The position numbers and the translations under genes are program-made. The notes under the pieces are model-generated. The model was not told where the DNA came from, did not search any database, and was given only the letters and a program-made list of their open reading frames with translations. 64,000 nt of DNA from an uncultured Acidobacteriota bacterium (GTDB lineage: Bacteria; Acidobacteriota; Thermoanaerobaculia; Multivoradales; UBA5704): positions 136,359 through 200,358 of the forward strand of contig CAWBWZ010000010.1 in the NCBI GenBank assembly GCA_963792575.1, given 5' to 3'. Numbering within the stretch: position 1 is the first letter of the stretch; each line of letters opens with the position of its first letter. Positions 58,724 to 64,000 of this stretch are shown here, piece by piece.

Positions 58724-60029
58724 ATGTCGCAATCCTATTGGTCTCTCCTCCAGAGACAGCTTCAGCAGCAGCTCGATCCCGACGAGTTCGCCACCTGGTT
58801 CCGCCCCTTGCGAGTGGGTGACGAGGATGGCCGCCGGCTGGTGCTGGTGGCTCCCAACTCGCGCTTCCTCCACACGCTGGAGGAGAGCTACCGGCCGATG
58901 GTCGACCGGGCGGTGGCGGGCCTGGCGGACTCCGGCGTTCGAGGTGCTGTTCTCGCTCGACGACATCGAGGTCGCCGCTTCCCCGGAAGAGCCGATCACG
59001 CCGTCGAGCTTCAACCCCAAGTACATGTTCGCCAGCTTCGTCGAGGGCAAGTCCAACGAGTTCGCCCTCGCCGCCGCCAAGCGCGTGGCCGAGAACCCGT
59101 CGCTCTCCTACAACCCGCTCTTCCTCTATGGCGGCGTCGGCCTCGGCAAGACCCATCTGCTGCACGCCATCGGCTCACGAGATCCAGCGCAGCCGGCCGC
59201 AGCTGCGCGTGCTCTACCTGGCCGGCCGAGCAGTTCGTCAACGAGCTGATCAACTCGATCCGCTTCGACCGCATGCCGGCTTTTCGCGAGCGCTACCGCA
59301 CGATCGACGTGCTGATGATCGACGACGTGCAGTTCCTGGCCAACAAGGAGCGGACGCAGGAGGAGTTCTTCCACACCTTCAACACGCTCTACACCAGCCA
59401 GAAGCAGATCATCCTCTCCTCCGACTCCTCGCCGCGGAACATCCCGACGCTGGAGGAACGGCTGCGCAGCCGCTTCGAGTGGGGGCTGATCGCCGACATC
59501 CAGCCGCCGGACCTGGAGACCAAGGTGGCGATCCTGCAGCGCAAGGCCTCGCTCGAGGACATCCAGCTTCCCGAGGAGGTGGCGCGAGTTCATCGCCCAG
59601 CAGGTGAAGTCGAACATCCGCGAGCTCGAGGGGTTGCTGACGCGGGTGATGGCCTTCTCCTCGCTCACCGGCAAGCCGCTCTCGCCGGCGCTCGCCCGCG
59701 AGACGCTCAAGGACATCCTCCCCGAGGAGGGGAAGAAGCCCCGCCGCGGCCGAGATCATCAAGGTCGTGGCCCGGCACTACGACCTCAAGGTCTCCGAGA
59801 TCAAGAGCAAGAGCAACTCGCGGCAGATCGTCATCCCGCGGCAGGTGGCGATGTACCTCTGCAAGCGCGCTGACGGATCTCTCCTACCCGGAGATCGGCA
59901 AACTTTTCAACGACAAGCACCACTCGACGGTCATGTACTGCGGTCGAGACGGGCATCGAAGAAGCGCGACGCCGAGCGATCCGCGACTTCGACCGCACCC
60001 TCAAGGCCTTCGAGCAGCACTTCAAGTAG
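58724..60029 (+). CDS. dnaA: chromosomal replication initiator DnaA, broken by at least six 1-bp indels
   Basis: Pieces lie in three frames: [29 protein letters not shown] (domain I); [21 protein letters not shown] (Walker A); [10 protein letters not shown]; [10 protein letters not shown]; domain [18 protein letters not shown]. Confidence 0.85.
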
Positions 60030-60298
60030 GCCGTGACAGGCGGAAGACCGCCTGCGGGAAAGCCTGTGGAGAGGCGCCGCGACAAGCGTTGTGGAAAATC
60101 TGCGGAATTTTTCTCGGCCTTACGGGCTTTTCCGCACCGCCTCCACAACCCGTCCACAGGTTACCCACAGCCCTGCCGAAGACCTAAGGTTTGCCACTCT
60201 GACAGAGGCTTAGGTCCGGTTTTCCGCATTTCCGCGGCGCCTATCTACTACTACTGCTATGCTATATATTCAGATGTCTTCTAGAGGAGGAAGAGTGA
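60030..60298. other. oriC: candidate oriC: DnaA-box cluster plus AT-rich unwinding element in the dnaA-dnaN intergenic region
   Basis: Boxes TGTGGAGAG (60065), TGTGGAAAA (60090), CTCCACAAC (60141), TCCACAGG (60154), TTACCCACA (60161, 8/9) and TTTTCCGCA (60220). These are followed by the 45-bp AT-rich CTATCTACTACTACTGCTATGCTATATATTCAGATG containing (TAC)3. Confidence 0.6.
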
Positions 60299-61399
60299 AT
60301 GGAGATCCGCGTCACCCGTAGCGAGTTCCTGGGCGAGCTGGCCCCGATGCAGGGCATCGTCGAGCGCAAGACCACCATCCCGGTCCTCTCGCACCTGCTG
60401 CTGACGGCGCGCGGGGACAAGCTCCACCTGGCGGCCACCGACCTCGACGTCTCGCTCACCTCCTGGTGCGAAGCGGAGGTCAAGCGCGAGGGCGGCATCG
60501 CCGTCCAGGCCAAGAAGCTGGTGGAGATCATCCGCTCGCTGACCGGCGAAGAGGTGCTGCTCGTCCAGGAAGAGCCGCGCGTGCTCTCCATCCGCGCCGG
60601 CAAGTCGCGCTTCAAGATCCACGGCCTGGCGCCGGACGATTTCCCGACCCTCCCCGACGGTCGAGGACGGGCGCCGGGTCGACATCCCGTTCGCCGACTT
60701 CCGCCGCATGGTCGGCCAAGATCCTCTTCGCCGTCTCGGCCGAGGAGTCCCGCTTCCAGTTGAACGGCGCCCTGCTGAAGCTCAAGGACGGCTCGCTGGA
60801 GATGGTGGCGACCGACGGCCACCGCCTCGCCCTGGTCGAGGGGGGGCTCGAGAGCGCCGGCGGCGAGGACTCCGTCCTGGTGCCGCGCAAGGCCCTCCAG
60901 GAGCTGCAGCGCTTCGAGGGGGAGGGCAAGCTCTCCTACGGCCGCGGCGAGCACCACCTCTCCTTCGGCCTCGGCCGGCGGGAGCTGATCTGCCGCATCC
61001 TCGAGGGGACCTTCCCGGACTACGAGCGGGTGATCGCCAAGGACAACGACAAGAAGGTCCTGCTTCGACCGCAAGAACCTGGTCGACGCCGTGCAGCGCG
61101 CCGCGCTGATGACCGGCGACCGGGCGCGCGCCGTGCGCCTGCAGTTCGCGCCCGACCAGGTGGTGATCTCGGCCGTCAACTCCGACCTCGGCGAGGCGAT
61201 CGAGGAGGTCGCCTGCGACTACGACGGTCCCGAGTTCCGGGTGGGGATCAACCCCGACTACCTGCGCGAGTTCCTCTCCGCCGTCGAGACCGAGAAGGTC
61301 CGGCTGGAGCTCAAGGACGAGAATACGCAGTGCGTCGGCTATCCGCAGGACGGGCCCGACACCCGGTATCTCTGCGTGATCATGCCGATGCGAATCTGA
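60299..61399 (+). CDS. dnaN: DNA polymerase III beta sliding clamp; several 1-bp indels
   Basis: MEIRVTRSEFLGELAPMQGIVERKTTIPVLSHLLL...; middle LNGALLKLKDGSLEMVATDGHRLAL; C-terminal ...PDYLREFLSAVETEKVRLELKDENTQCVGYP...VIMPMRI. GAGGAGG RBS. Confidence 0.85.
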
Positions 61400-61440
61400 C
61401 GTAGCGCCGATCGCCGGGGATGCGACCATGATCCCCGGCG

Positions 61441-62512
61441 ATGCTCACCCACCTCACCGCCCGCGACTTCCGCAACCTGGAGCCCCTCTCCTGGCGCCCT
61501 TCGGCGGGGTCCCATCTCCTGCTGGGCGGCAACGGAGCCGGCAAGACGAGCCTTCTGGAGGCCGTCTACGCGCTGGCCACCACCCGCAGCTTCCGCGCCT
61601 CCCAGATCGGCGACTGCGCCCGGCACGGCGCCGGCTCCTTCCACATTCAGGGGGAGATCGAGACCGACCGCCGCTCCACCCTGGAAGTAGGCTGGATGGA
61701 GGGGCAGCGGGTGCGGGCGCTCAACGGCAAGGTGACGCCGCTCGCCGAGCACCTGGCCGTGCTCCCGGTGGTGGCCTGGACGGCCGCGGCGGAGGCCGAG
61801 GTGCTGGTGGGGGCTCCCAAGGCGCGCCGCCGCTTCATGGATCGCGGCGTCGTGGGAATCCGGCCCGTGGCCCTGGAAGTCCTCGGCCGCTACCGCGAGG
61901 CCCTGCGGCAGAAACGGGGGCTCCTGCTCTCCGACGGCGCCGGCATCGAGATCTGGAACGAGATGCTGGCCGCCACCGCCGCGGACGTCATCGCCCAGCG
62001 CCATCGCTACGTCGAGCTCCTCAAGGTCCAGCTCGCCCAGGTCCTCGACGCTTCCGGGCTCCAGTTTCCCGCCGATCGAGCTGCGCTACCGCCCCTCGCC
62101 CGCCAGCGGCCTCGAAGGGCAGACGGTCATCGCCGACGCTCTCGACCGCATCGCCGACCGCGAGCGCCGGCGCCAGACGCCTCTCCTCGGACCTCACCGC
62201 GACGAGCTGGAGATCCTCTGGGGGGGGCATGAGATCCGGCGCGTGGCCTCGGCCGGCGAGCGCAAGGCCCTCTCCCTGATGCTCCTGGCCGCCCACGGAA
62301 AGGTCATGGAGGAAGCCGGGAGGCCCCCCCTCTACATGCTCGACGACATGGACGCCGAGCTGGCGCCGCCGACCGTGACCGCCGTCTGGGGGATCTTCCG
62401 TGGCGCGGCCCAGCTCTTCGCCACCTCCAACCGCCCGCAGGTCTGGCTGACCCTGGACGTCGGCGACGATCTGGGAGATGGAGCGGGGCGAGCTGAGGCT
62501 CCTCTCCGAGTA
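61441..62512 (+). CDS. recF: DNA replication and repair protein RecF; frameshifted
   Basis: LLLGGNGAGKTSLLEAVY Walker A, the signature SAGERKALSLMLLAA, and Walker B LYMLDDMDAELA in a second frame. Confidence 0.8.
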
Positions 62513-62689
62513 GGAAGCCGGCGGGAAACCGGGAATCCGCTTCGGGGAATCTTTACCCTTCGTTTTTTTGTTGAAGTGGTACCCGAGGGTCCCGCCCGGC
62601 GCTGTTTACGGGGCCCTTCAAGGCTGGCCAAAATCGGGCCTAAGCTGTTGAAATTTCAGCGCTAATAAGGCTCGTAAGAAGGCTTCTTT

Positions 62690-62699
62690 CGTGGTATAA
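62690..62699 (+). promoter_or_regulatory. extended -10 promoter element TGGTATAAT for gyrB
   Basis: TG-n-TATAAT at 62691-62699. The palindrome AAGAAGGCTTCTT overlaps the -35 region. Confidence 0.4.
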
Positions 62700-62770
62700 T
62701 TTTCACATTCTTGGACCCCCCTTCCGCGGGGTTTCCACCCAAGCTCAGGGATAGAACGGAGAATCCTGTT

Positions 62771-64000
<1,230 letters not shown>

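Noticed and set aside
62513-62700. Intrinsic terminator after recF (CCGCTTCGG ... TTTTTTTG)
   Set aside because: The stem is only 3 bp, so it may be a weak signal. Only the gyrB extended -10 was kept as a feature.

Overview
High-GC bacterial chromosome segment spanning the replication-origin neighbourhood. Four conserved core blocks are recognisable: rpmH-rnpA-yidD-yidC-jag; rsmG-parA-parB-bactofilin with two perfect parS sites upstream; ffs(SRP RNA)-dnaX-ybaB-recR; and dnaA-[DnaA-box/AT-rich oriC]-dnaN-recF-gyrB. The window also carries housekeeping genes (tkt, add, aqpZ, selD, cspA, dus, mtnA, two lepB paralogues, tadA, mutY, rimK triad, sppA), three tRNA-Ser isoacceptors, a tmRNA and an SRP RNA. 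Accessory, lower-GC insertions include BrnT/BrnA, a Panacea-domain antitoxin paired with a RelE/ParE-like toxin, two DUF3800 genes (one immediately 3' of tmRNA), an orphan M.TaqI-like adenine methyltransferase and an H-NS-like protein. Notable non-coding structure: a family of long hairpins built from tandem 9-nt NNNAAGGAC units (3 copies); a selenocysteine UGA plus SECIS-like hairpin in selD; MITE-like inverted repeats between selD and yceH; a degenerate AGCCTGG-type repeat tract upstream of tmRNA; and a duplicated ~170-bp non-coding element upstream of mutY. Caveat: at least 11 conserved genes (tkt, aldehyde dehydrogenase, sulfatase, metB-like, parA, parB, jag, dnaA, dnaN, recF, gyrB) are interrupted by single-base indels, often in homopolymers. 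Essential genes are affected, so this most likely reflects an indel-prone assembly rather than real pseudogenes. The six-frame ORF track translates GTG/TTG starts as M, and many long ORFs in it are antisense or shadow frames typical of high-GC DNA. Coordinates of inner starts were derived from residue offsets within the supplied ORFs.
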